From Octopus sinensis (lineage: Eukaryota), in the NCBI RefSeq assembly GCF_006345805.1, contig NW_021833893.1, forward strand, positions 1-64,000: a DNA stretch of 64,000 bases, written 5' to 3'. Below are positions 10,020-24,018 of this stretch, in pieces; positions within the stretch are counted from its first letter, which is position 1; the number at the start of each line of letters is the position of its first letter. Under the pieces are notes generated by a model. That model saw only the letters and a program-made list of their open reading frames with translations. It searched no databases and was not told the origin of the DNA. The translations under genes and the position numbers were made by a program.

Positions 10020-12975
10020 TTGATTGATTGATTGATTGATTCTAGTTTAAGCTCATGAGCTGTGGCCATGCTGGGGCACCGCCATTTGGTGTTGCTACAT
10101 GGTTTTACTTCACAAATGCTTTTTAGCAACTGCCATTTGGTGCATGAGAGAGTTCGATGCAGCTGCCCTCATCTGCACCTCCTGCTGTGAAGTTGGTTCA
10201 TCTGGGATACCTGACAGGAAGAGATCCAGTTTTATTTTTAAGACATCTGCATCCACCCCATGCAGGTCTCTCAGGTTCTTCGGGAGGATATTGAAGAGCT
10301 GTGGGCCTCTGAAGCCCAGGCTATCACAGTATCTTGTCCTACATCTTGATGGCAAATTTGGAGTCCTTGGCACCAAGCAGTGGCGCCCAGTTCTGGCATT
10401 TGTGTAACTCTCGATGCCAAAGTTTGGGACAAGTCCCTCCAGGATCTTCCAGATGTATATTATGGCATATCTTTCTCGCCTACGCTCCAAGGAATAGAGT
10501 TTTAATCTCTTGAGTCTTTCCCAGTAGCTTATATTCTGCACAGAGGCTATCTTCTTCATGTAGCTACGTTGGATCGCCTCAAGTTCTGTGATCAGCTTGA
10601 CACTTGATGGTGACCATAGCTGAGAGCAATAGTCAAAGTGGCTTAGGACAAGTGTCCTCCAGAGGACCATCAGGGTTTCTTGTTCTCTTGTTCTAAAGGT
10701 TCTAAGAATCCATCCGGCCAGTCGTCTACATTTCATTGCCAATTTAGCAGCATATACATGAAAGGTTGCATCATCACTCATGTAAATACCCAGGTCATGC
10801 ACTGATTGTGCCGCTGGGATTGCAATTCCTCCGGGTCCAGTGTATTCATTGGGTATTGCATTTATTTTTGCATGCTGATAGCATAAAGCTTGAAACTTTT
10901 CAGCATTGAACTGCATGCTATTCTTTTCAGCCCACTTGTATATTTTGTCCAGCTCACATTGCAGGCGTTTAGTGTCTTCAGGGTTCTGTATTACCTGTGA
11001 AACTTTTGTATCATCTGCATAACTTGTGATCGTGGCTCTCTGCGCGGCTGAGGGCAAGTCTGAGAGGGCCATTATGAACAGTAGTGGTCCCAAAACAGTG
11101 CCCTGCGGAACACCGCTCACTATTTGCGTGTTAATGGAAGTGGCCCCATTGGTTACTACCTCCTGACTTCTATCTTTCAGAAAGTCATGAAGCCATTCTC
11201 CCAGTTTTCCAACTATGCTAAGATCACGCAGTTTGTGACATATCATTCCATGATCGACTTTATCAAAGGCCTTTGCAAAGTCGAGATATATCACTTCCAC
11301 ATTTGAGTGGTTGAGCAGTCGTTTCAGCACCCAGTCATAGTGTTGTAGGAGCTGAGTTAAGCAGCTTCTTCCTGGTCGGAAACCACGTTGGGTGTCAGAC
11401 AGCAAGTCATTTTCTTCAAGGAAGGTGATCAGTTTCCTTCTGACTATTCATTCCATGACCTTGCTGATGTGTGAGGTCAGAGAGATAGGTCTATAGTTCT
11501 TGGCCTCCGCTCTGCTACCTCCTTTATGAATAGGGCATATTTTACCTTCCTTCAGTTTTCTTGGAAGTTTGCCAGTTGCAAGGAAGCTCTGAAGAGGAAC
11601 TGCAGTGGTCTTGCTAGGACTCTCTTACCTTTTAGGAGGATTGCCGGAATCCATCGGGGCCAGTAGCTGAGTCTGTTTTCATTTCATCTATAGCCTTTAT
11701 TACATCGTCTTCCTTTATATCGATGTAATCTATCGTCGCTGCCTCTGATTTTATATCTGCAGTGGTAAAGAAGTCAGTTGGATTGGTGATTTGGAAATGC
11801 CCAAGGGGTGGAGTGAAAACACTCTTGAATTGCTCATTCAGTATTTCACTTACCCTCATTGGTTTTCCTGTGAGTGTGCCATCCTTTTCAAGGAGTAGCC
11901 CTATCCTACAGTGCACCGTAGCTGTTTCTTTGGCATACCTGTAGAAAGCTCTGGGGTAGATTTTATGTTGTCTATAGCCAGGCTTCTTTGTCTGCTCTTT
12001 CCTTTTCATGGGAGAGTTGCAGACATTTTCAATTTCCAACAGTTTTATTTTCAGGCGGGACTTTTCACTGCTTTCAATTTGTTTGTTTAGGCGATTTGAA
12101 ACTTTTGTATGCCGTCTCATAAGAATTTTCCTCTCTGGGGATTTTGTTCTTGTGTACAGTGGCCTTTCTCTCTGGGACACATTTGTAGCATATGGCTTGC
12201 ATTACAGACATGAATTGTTGAAGTTTCATGTCGATGTCTGGCGAGGAGAGACATTCAGGCCAGTTTTGTTTGAGGATCTCTTTCTCAATTTGTTTCCAGT
12301 TTGCCTTATGGAAGTTCAAGCTGGAAAGATTCTGAGAGTTTCTTGTAGACTGCATGTCCATGCTTTCATTTGGCCCTTACATGGTCAACTCTACCATGTT
12401 GTGATCCGAGAGTAGTGTTGGTGTCACTTTCACATTCTGGATGAGATCCATATAATTTGTGAAGCAGAGATTCAGTATGTTACCTGCCCTGGCTGGTTGG
12501 AGTATTATTTGCTCCATGTACAGAGTGTTGACGAGGTTCAGGAGGGACCTCACCTTTCTTCGTTGGCATCATGTCATTCCTGGGAAAGAAAGGCCCTCGG
12601 GCCATCTGACATTGGGCAGATTGAAGTCTCCCAAATGAAGTACACTTATGTGTTGTTCTAATGTGACTACAACTTCTATTTTTGTAAGGCAGTCTTCAAA
12701 CTTGCCTACACGGCTTGGGGCATCTAGAGGGCGATATGTAGCACATATAACTACCAAGTTGCCTTATATGTACAATTCGTGTGTCACACACCGAATTTGA
12801 GTATGACAAAAGGACCTGGGGTGTGAGGTCCTCGCGGATTTACATAGCAACTCCACCATGACTCCTTTCTTTTCTGTCGGTCCGTAATGCAACATGCTTT
12901 GGTACGTGTATTTCAACATCTGCTATGTCCGGTTTCAGGTGTGTTTCCATAAGTGCTATGCATAAGGCTTGATTG
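10020..12975 (-). mobile_element. CR1-group LINE, nearly full ORF2 (APE + RT) with frameshifts, (AATC)n tail
   Basis: APE motifs IALMETHL, HGGVA, TYRP, LGDFNLP at 12570-12960; RT ORF at 10110-11405. Confidence 0.93.
10110..11405 (-). CDS. CR1-type reverse transcriptase portion of ORF2 (431 aa open frame)
   Basis: QRGFRPGRSCLTQLL, YLDFAKAFDKVDH, SGVPQGTVLGPLLF, YADDTK, YCSQLWSP, LERRRER. Confidence 0.9.
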   Translation of the reverse strand: MLSDTQRGFRPGRSCLTQLLQHYDWVLKRLLNHSNVEVIYLDFAKAFDKVDHGMICHKLRDLSIVGKLGEWLHDFLKDRSQEVVTNGATSINTQIVSGVPQGTVLGPLLFIMALSDLPSAAQRATITSYADDTKVSQVIQNPEDTKRLQCELDKIYKWAEKNSMQFNAEKFQALCYQHAKINAIPNEYTGPGGIAIPAAQSVHDLGIYMSDDATFHVYAAKLAMKCRRLAGWILRTFRTREQETLMVLWRTLVLSHFDYCSQLWSPSSVKLITELEAIQRSYMKKIASVQNISYWERLKRLKLYSLERRRERYAIIYIWKILEGLVPNFGIESYTNARTGRHCLVPRTPNLPSRCRTRYCDSLGFRGPQLFNILPKNLRDLHGVDADVLKIKLDLFLSGIPDEPTSQQEVQMRAAASNSLMHQMAVAKKHL

Positions 12976-12976
12976 C

Positions 12977-13019
<43 letters not shown>

Positions 13020-13022
<3 letters not shown>

Positions 13023-13166
13023 ATTATAACTTAGGGTATCTACGAGATACCGCCATGCTAAAAGTAGCGGCCATGATCTGACTCTAAAACCACCTTAAGT
13101 GTTCATATAGCATGGCTGCAATTTTCAGCATGGCGGTATCTCATAGATACCCTATGTTATCATTTT
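13020..13166. mobile_element. Palindromic MITE with ~55-bp TIRs
   Basis: ATAACTTAGGGTATCTACGAGATACCGCCATGCT vs reverse complement of right end ATAACATAGGGTATCTATGAGATACCGCCATGCT. Confidence 0.75.
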
Positions 13167-13261
13167 AATAATTCTTACCTTTGAAGGTTATTTTTTCCAT
13201 GCTGACCACTTCATAAGATCGTTATATTATTTTAAATTAACAATCTTATTCTTATTGATTT

Positions 13262-13580
13262 ATTGATATATATATATATACAGATATATATACATATACA
13301 GATATATATACATATACAGATATATATATACATATACAGATATATATATACATATACAGATATATATATATATATACAGATATATATATATATAAAGTTA
13401 ATCCAAACAAGAAAGCACCAAACAACACAACAACGCAAGGACGTGGAACAAATATAGTATTATTGAACGCTCAGGAAAGAGGGAGGGTTTAACATTTCGA
13501 GCGGAGCTCTTCGTCAGAAACATAGGAGAGGGAAAGATCCAGAGAGGGAAGACAGAGGGAAAAAAAATCATATATATATA

Positions 13581-13632
<52 letters not shown>

Positions 13633-13655
13633 TACAGATATATGTATATACATGT

Positions 13656-13687
<32 letters not shown>

Positions 13688-13869
13688 CATATACAGATAT
13701 ATGTATATACATATATATATATATATACATATACAGATATATGTATATACATGTATATATATATACACATATATATATATATATATACATATACAGATAT
13801 ATGTATATACATAATATATATATATATATATATATACAGATATATGTATATACATGTATATATATATAC

Positions 13870-13900
<31 letters not shown>

Positions 13901-13919
13901 ATACATATACAGATATATG

Positions 13920-13961
<42 letters not shown>

Positions 13962-14092
13962 CAGATATATGTATATACATATATATATATATATACCATA
14001 TATATATATATATACATATACAGATATATGTATATACATATATATATATACATATACAGATATATGTATATACATATATATATATATATACA

Positions 14093-14127
<35 letters not shown>

Positions 14128-15033
14128 TATACATGTATATATACATATACAGATATATGTATATACATATATATATACATATACAGATATATGTATATAC
14201 ATATATATATACATATACATATACAGATATATGTATATACAGATATATGTATATACATATATATATATATATACATATATATATACATATACAGATATAT
14301 GTATATACATATATACATATATATACATATATATATACATATACAGATATATGTATATACATATATACATATATATATATACATATATATATACATATAC
14401 AGATATATGTATATACATATATACATATATATATATACATATACATATATACATATATATATATACATATACATATATATACATACATATACAGATATAT
14501 GTATATACATATATACATATATATACATATATATATATACATATATATATATACATATACAGATATATGTATATACATATATACATATATATACATATAT
14601 ATATATACATATACAGATATATGTATATACATATATACATATATATACATATATATATATACATATACAGATATATGTATATACATATATACATAATATA
14701 CATATATATATATACATATACAGATATATGTATATACATATATACATATATATACATATATAATATACATATACAGATATATGTATATACATATATACAT
14801 ATATATATACATATATATACATATACAATATATATATACATATATACATATATATATATACATATATTATATACATAATATATATATACATATTACATAA
14901 TATATATATATATACATATATATATATACATATACAGATATATGTATATACATATATACATAATATATATGCATATACAGATATATGATACTATACAGAT
15001 ATATGTATATACATATATACATTATATATATAC

Positions 15034-15065
<32 letters not shown>

Positions 15066-15095
15066 TATATACATATACATATATATATTATATAT

Positions 15096-15130
<35 letters not shown>

Positions 15131-15159
15131 TATACATATATATATATATACATATTATA

Positions 15160-15230
<71 letters not shown>

Positions 15231-15280
15231 ACATATATAACATATATATATACATATATATATATATATATTATAACATA

Positions 15281-15334
<54 letters not shown>

Positions 15335-15536
15335 ATATATATACATATATATATACATATATATCATATATATTATAATATATATATACATATATATACA
15401 TACTATATATATTATACATATTATATATATAATATATTATATATATATATACATTATCATATTATTATATATATATACATATACATATAATATACATATA
15501 CATATATATATTATATACATATACATATATATATAA

Positions 15537-15573
<37 letters not shown>

Positions 15574-15593
15574 ACATATATATACATATATAC

Positions 15594-15654
<61 letters not shown>

Positions 15655-15657
15655 CCT

Positions 15658-15703
<46 letters not shown>

Positions 15704-15996
15704 ATATATATAATACATATACATATATATATATATACATATACATCTATATATATATATATAATATATAATATACATAATATATTAATATATACATATA
15801 TATATATATATATAATATATACATATACATATATATTATATACTATACATATATTATAATATATATAATACATATACATATATATATATATAATACATAT
15901 ATATATATATAATAATATTATATATATATACATATACATTATATATATACATATAATATATATAAATATATATATATATACAATATATTATATACC

Positions 15997-16062
<66 letters not shown>

Positions 16063-16086
16063 ATATTATACATATATATATTATAC

Positions 16087-16133
<47 letters not shown>

Positions 16134-16179
16134 CATATATATTATATACATAATATATAATATACTATATATACTATAC

Positions 16180-16226
<47 letters not shown>

Positions 16227-16232
16227 ATATAC

Positions 16233-16266
<34 letters not shown>

Positions 16267-16276
16267 ATACATATAC

Positions 16277-16308
<32 letters not shown>

Positions 16309-16555
16309 ATATATACATATACATATATATATACATATTAATATAATATATTATATACATATACATATAATATATACATATACATATATATATACATATA
16401 CATATATATATATACATATACATATATATATACATATACATATATAATATATATATACATATACATATATATATACATATACATATATTATATATATACA
16501 TAACATAAATATATATACATATATATATGTATATTAATATATATAATATATATAC

Positions 16556-16620
<65 letters not shown>

Positions 16621-16795
16621 TACATATATACATATATATATATATATACATATATATATAATATATATACATATATACATATATATATATACATATATAC
16701 ATATATATATATATACATATATACATATACATATATACATATATATATATCATATATACATATATTATATATATATATATATATACAATATATAT

Positions 16796-16842
<47 letters not shown>

Positions 16843-16907
16843 CTATATACATATATATATATATATTATATACATATATATATATTACATATATATATAC
16901 ATATATC
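13262..16907. repeat. Giant compound (TA)n / TACATA satellite with ATACAGATATATGTATATACAT higher-order unit
   Basis: Direct reading; the unit recurs dozens of times from 13270 to 15010. Confidence 0.95.
13487..13521 (-). ncRNA. Minimal type I hammerhead ribozyme motif in a ~180-bp pLTR-like insert (13393-13570)
   Basis: Minus: GTTT CTGACGA A GAGC TCC GCTC GAAA T GTT AAAC; stems I and II pair perfectly. Confidence 0.75.
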
Positions 16908-17880
16908 CTTAAATCCTTAATCCTTAAAAATGTTTTAGCCCGAAGGCCGCGGCCATGCTGGGGCACACCGCTGAATGAGCCACACTAGTTTGTGAATCAC
17001 CTCTGATACGTGGCACTTGATCAACAAGGGAGTTCGATGCTGCTGCCCGCATCCGCGTCTCCTGTCGTGAGGTAGGTTCATCTGGGACTTCCAACAAGAA
17101 GAGATCCAGTTTAGTTTTAAAAAACCCACATCCACACCATGTAAGTCTCTCAGGCATTTAGGGAGGATGTTGAAAAGCTGTGGTCCTCTGAAACCCAAGC
17201 TGTTGCAGTATCTGGACCTTATTTTGATGGTGATGTTGGAATCCTTGGCACCACGCAGCGGCGCCCCGTTCTGCGGTTGGAGTAACTTTGAATGCAAAGT
17301 TTGGGATAAGACCCTCCAGGATTTTCCAGATGTATATTACTGCATATCTCTCCCGCCTCCGCTCCAGGGAGAAGAGGTTTAATACCTTCAGTCTTTCCCA
17401 GTAGCTGACATTTTGCATTGAGACGATTTTCTTTGTGTAGCTTCTCTGAGTTGCTTCGAGTTCTGCTGTTTGTTTTATATTGTGTGGTGACCAAAGTTGG
17501 GAGCAGTAGTCCCAGGGCTGAGGACAAATGTTTTCCATAGGACCATCAGTGTCTCCTTCTCTCTGTTCTGAAAGTTCGGAGAATCCATCCAGCTAGCCGT
17601 CTGCATTTTATCACCAGATTAGCAATATGCATTGGAAAGATGCATCATTGCTCATGTCAATGCCCAGGTCACGCACTGATTTTGACTCAGGGATTGCAAT
17701 TCTTCCTGGGCCAGTGTATCCAGTCTTCACGTCATTTACCTTTGTGTGCCAGTAGCGCAGGGCCTGGAACTTACCTGCATTAAACTGCATGTTGTTGTCC
17801 TCAGCCCACCTGTATATTGTGTCCAGCTCATGTTGCAGATGCGCAATATTTTCAGGGTTCTGTATTGCGTGGGAGACCTT
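16908..17880 (-). mobile_element. CR1-group LINE 3' fragment with internal deletions, (AAGGATTT)n tail
   Basis: DYCSQLWSP, LERRRERYAVIYIWK, SLGFRGPQLFN; same family group as 10020-12975. Confidence 0.9.
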
Positions 17881-19687
<1,807 letters not shown>

Positions 19688-20359
19688 AGGTCTCACTGAG
19701 GAAATGACTAGAGACCGAGACCTCTGGAAGTGTGCTGTGCGCGAGAAGACCCGGCAGGACAAGTGAGTCCACAACCCGTGGCCTTCTACATGGGATGGAG
19801 CCAGCCTACGTATGCATACCTTCCCTTCTTGGGACACAAAACTCTACTTGTGAAGACGTGTTGAGGCAAGTGAGGATCAGAATTGAAATCGATCAATGGA
19901 AATTGCGGATGTGCTACCAGTGCCGGTGGCATGTCAAAACTCTGCTTGTGAAGACCCATTGAGGCAAGTGAGGATCAGAATCGAAATCGATCAATGGAAA
20001 TTGCAGATGTGTTACCAGTGCCGGTGGCATGTAAGAGAACTTTCCGTTTCGCGACCGTTGCCAGCACCGCCCCGTTTCGTGTCCGTTGCCAGCCTCGCCT
20101 GGCCCTCGTGCCGGTGGCACATAAAAAGCACCATCCGTTCGTGGCCGTTTGCCAGCTCTGTCTGGCACCAGTGCGGGTGGCACGTAAAAAGCACCCACTA
20201 CACTCACGGAGTGGTTGGCGTTAGGAAGGGCATCCAGCCGTAGAAACACTGCCAGATTTGACTGGGCCTGATGAAGCCTTCTGGCTTCACAGACCCCAGT
20301 AGAACCGTCCAACCCATGCTAGCATGGAAAACGGACGCTAAATGATGATGATGATGATG
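19688..20359 (+). mobile_element. RTE family 1 3' end with an ~85-bp tandem duplication in the UTR
   Basis: GGTCTCACTGAGGAAATGACTAGAGACC ORF end; duplicated block 19849-19933 / 19949-20031; (ATG)6 tail. Confidence 0.9.
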
Positions 20360-20494
20360 TATGTAAAAAATACAAACATTTAGAAGACGATACAAAAAAC
20401 ACGGACGGGACATTCGAAGCCTTCAATCTTCAGTCAAGAACCGGATCATCCTCGCAATTTCGGCTGATATATACATATATATATATATATATAT

Positions 20495-20592
20495 AACGGG
20501 AAGCTTTATGAAAATAGACAAAAGACGAAGGCAGGTTTACGGAAATAAACAAAAGACGAAGGCAGGTAGAATACAAACAAACAATTGTATTA
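20495..20592 (-). repeat. 3' end of Penelope pLTR family D
   Basis: Reverse complement matches CCTGTCTTCGTCTTTTGTTTTTTTCATGAA at 58645-58680. Confidence 0.55.
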
Positions 20593-20666
20593 ATATATAT
20601 ATATATATACTTATATATATATACATATATATATATACATCATATATATATATATATATATATACA

Positions 20667-20819
20667 TCTATGATGAGTCAACGCTTTAAGAAAAAATTTA
20701 CCATAAATTTTTTTCCATTTTTAATGCATTTTTTTGCTATTTTTTGGCTATAACTCTCTAAAAATGCTTATATAGTTACTTCCCTTACAAACCCGAGCAA
20801 CGCCGGGCGATACTGCTAG
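20667..20819 (+). mobile_element. Short Helitron derivative sharing its 3' end with 5888-6253
   Basis: Ends CCCGAGCAACGCCGGGCGATACTGCTAG|T; candidate A|TC start at 20667. Confidence 0.7.
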
Positions 20820-20827
20820 TATATATA

Positions 20828-22010
20828 TCATCATCATCATCATCATTTAACGTCCGCTTTCCATGCTAGCATGGGTTGGACGGTTCAACTGGGGTCTGGG
20901 GAGCCCGAAGGCTGCACCAGGCCAGTCAGATCTGGCAGTGTTTCTACAGCTGGATGCCCTTCCTAACGCCAACCACTCCGAGAGTGTAGTGGGTGATTTT
21001 ATGTGCCACCGACACAGGTGCCAGACGAGGCTGGCGAACGGCCACGCTCGGATGGTGTTTTTTATGTGCCACCGACACAGGTGCCAGACGAGGCTGGCAG
21101 ACAGCCACGCTCAGATGGTGTTTTTATGTGCCACCGACACAGGTGCCAGATGAAGCTGGCGAACGGCCACGATCGGATGGTGTTTGTTACGTGCCCACAG
21201 CACGGAGGCCAGTCGATGCGGTACTGGCTACGGCCATGTTCGGATGGTTTTCTTGTGTGCCACCGGCACTGGTACCACAAAGATACAAATTCCATTGATG
21301 TTCATCTATTTTGATTTCTTTTGATTTTCACTTGCCTCAACAGGTCTTCACAAGTGTCACAAGAAGGAAGGTATGCACAGGTGGACTGACTACGTCCCAG
21401 GTAGGGGCCACGGGTTATGGTCACACTTGTCCTGCCAGGTCTTCTCACGCACAGCATACTTCCAAAGGTCTCGGTCTCTAGCCATTTCCTCGGTGAGACC
21501 TAAAGTTCAAAGGTCGTGCTTCACCACCTCATCCCAAGTTTTCCTGGGTCTACCTCTTCCACAGGTTCCCTCAACTGCTAGGGTGTGGCACTTTTTCACA
21601 CAACTATCTTCAGCCATTCTCGTCACATGACCATACCAACGCAAACGTCTCTCTTGCACACCACAACTGATACTTCTTAGGTCCAACTTCTCTCTCAAGG
21701 TACTTACACTCTGTCGAGTATGAACACTGATATTACACATCCATTGGAGCATACTGGCTTCATTTCTTGCGAGCTTATGCATATCCTCAGCAGTCATGGC
21801 CTATGTTTCACTGCTATGTAGCATGGCTGTTCGTACACATGCCTCACGAAATACCTCAAGTCTTTCATCCTCGCAGCGCACAACATTTGCAAACTTTTTC
21901 TTATCTGCTTCCCTTCTGGCTAAATAAACCTGCCTCCTAGCTTCCCTTCTGGCAGTCTGATACACTTCCCTGCTACCACCGTTCTTCCAGTCCTTCCAAG
22001 ACTGTTTCTA
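20828..22010 (-). mobile_element. RTE family 1 copy with large internal deletion
   Basis: Pre-RT linker [20 protein letters not shown] joined directly to ACVRTAMLYSSET; tandem UTR units 21001-21180. Confidence 0.88.
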
Positions 22011-22114
22011 TATGTACATATATATATATATACATATACACACACACACACACACACACATAATTATATATATATATATATATACACACACATAATTATA
22101 TATATATATGTACA

Positions 22115-22186
<72 letters not shown>

Positions 22187-22329
22187 TATATACATATAAA
22201 TATATATATATTTCTCCTTACTAACCTCGTCTCCCTCGTCTTTGCATTTTTCATTGCAATCCTGTTAATTGACCTCATACATTTAATCAGGTAATTCCCT
22301 TTACAGATTTTGTATTCTAATTAAAATGT

Positions 22330-22751
22330 TTATGTGTGTTTATTCGCTGGCATTGAATGGATTAGCAAACGTCACTTAGTTGTTCGTCTGACTAGTCAGA
22401 AACTTGAGAAAGCGACATTGCCTCCACTAATTCAAAAATGCATCAAACCTGGCTCAGTTATGTACAGTGATTCTTGGGTAGCTTACAAAGATCTACAAAC
22501 ATTGGGTTATCAGCATTACATGATAAACCAGAAAGAAAATTTTGTTGACACCACACATGTACATATATAAAAACCATCAAACAGTTTTTGCAAGACTTAA
22601 AAGAATGAATGAAAAGGCCGGGCAGGGGAATTTCTGAGGTTCCACCCCGCCCCATGCAACCTCCTCTGTTTTCCATGGAAAAAATGCATTTCCGACAGCT
22701 TATTAGGCCAACTAAGACGTTTGCACCCCAAAAAACCATTTATTTAGTACC
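22330..22751 (+). mobile_element. Merlin (IS1016/IS1595-related) transposase fragment with right TIR
   Basis: ATLPPLIQKCIKPGSVMYSDSWVAYKDLQTLGYQHYMINQKENFVD; right end reads GGTACTAAATAAATGG on minus strand. Confidence 0.75.
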
Positions 22752-23214
22752 AATATTGAGTCTGGTGTGAAATTATAAATTTACCACTATTTTTCCCTTG
22801 GGTTTATGATTTCAGAGAAAGGTAGGAAATTCTTCATATTTTGTATCTTTGGTATTTTGACTTTACAGTTTGAATTATAGATTCTATACTTTTAATTCTG
22901 TATTGCAACAGCTAACAGTGAAATATAGAATTAAAAAAAAGGTTTTTTCTACTGAGATTCAAGTCTTTGAGAACATTCACGTCTATTTTTCAAAAATATA
23001 TAATTTGAAAGTTTGGTTTTGTTTTGGACAGAAAATTCTTTGTATTTAATTTGTAGTTGTGAAAATCCCCTCCGTAGTTGTGGGAATTCCCTTCTCTCAC
23101 ATTATTAAATGATTCACTGCATCATTTTGAAAGCTGTGGTAAAATAAATTGCGTAAAACATCATCAAAGTGGAGAAAATTCAACTTGAATGGGCAGTGGA
23201 TTATAGACCTCTGC

Positions 23215-23935
23215 CTGTGTGTGTTTGTGTCTGGGGTTGTCCCCTAACACTGCTTGATATCAGGTGCTAGTTTGTTTACGTTGCTGTGAATTAATGTTTT
23301 GGCAAAAGAGACCCATAGAATAAGTACCAATAGTCGTGGGGTTGCAGTCTAGTGACTGAAACAAGCAAAAGAATAAAAGTATATATACTCTTTTACTTGT
23401 TTCAGTCATTTGACTGTGGCCATTCTGGAGCACTGCCTTTTAGTCAAGCAAATCGACCCCAGCACTTATTCTTTGTAAGCCTAGTACATATTCTATCGGT
23501 CTCTTTTGCCGAACCACTAAGTTACGGGGATGTAAACACGCCACCATTGGTTGTTAAGCGATGTTGAGGGGACAAACACAGACACACAAACATATATACA
23601 CATATATAGATATATACAACGGGCTTCTTTCAGTTTCCGTCTACCAAATCCACTCACAAGGCTTTTCTCGGCCTGAGGCTTGCCCAAGGTATAATATATA
23701 TATTATTAAATATAATATATATATATACTTAATAAATATATATAATATAAACATCCCTTATCTTTTAACTTGTTTCAATTATCAGATTGTGGCAATGCTA
23801 GGGCATTAGTCAAACAAATCGACTCCAGGATTTATTTTTATTTAGTGCCTGGTACTTATTCTAGCGGTCCCTTTTGCTGAACCTCTGGATGACGGGGACA
23901 TATACAAATCAAAACTGGTTGTTAAGCGGTGTTGG
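23215..23935. mobile_element. Cluster of three SINE family B fragments (+ 23215-23380; - 23385-23690; - 23760-23935)
   Basis: CTTGTTTCAGTCATTTGACTGTGGCCAT..., CAAATCCACTCACAAGGC, CTAAGTTACGGGGA motifs. Confidence 0.8.
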
Positions 23936-24018
23936 GGTAGTATGAGTTTATTGCAGCTCCACACAACCAACAGCAACCACTCTGTCTACTTTGTGAAAAG
24001 ACCTCTACAAACGAAGCG

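Noticed and set aside
20405-20466. CTGAAGA...GAAT GTC on the minus strand in family F (also 7410-7480)
   Set aside because: Both copies have GAAT instead of GAAA, with no valid stem I or stem II loop
21001-21180. CRISPR-like regular repeats
   Set aside because: Contiguous tandem units with no unique spacers, inside a eukaryotic LINE UTR; no cas genes
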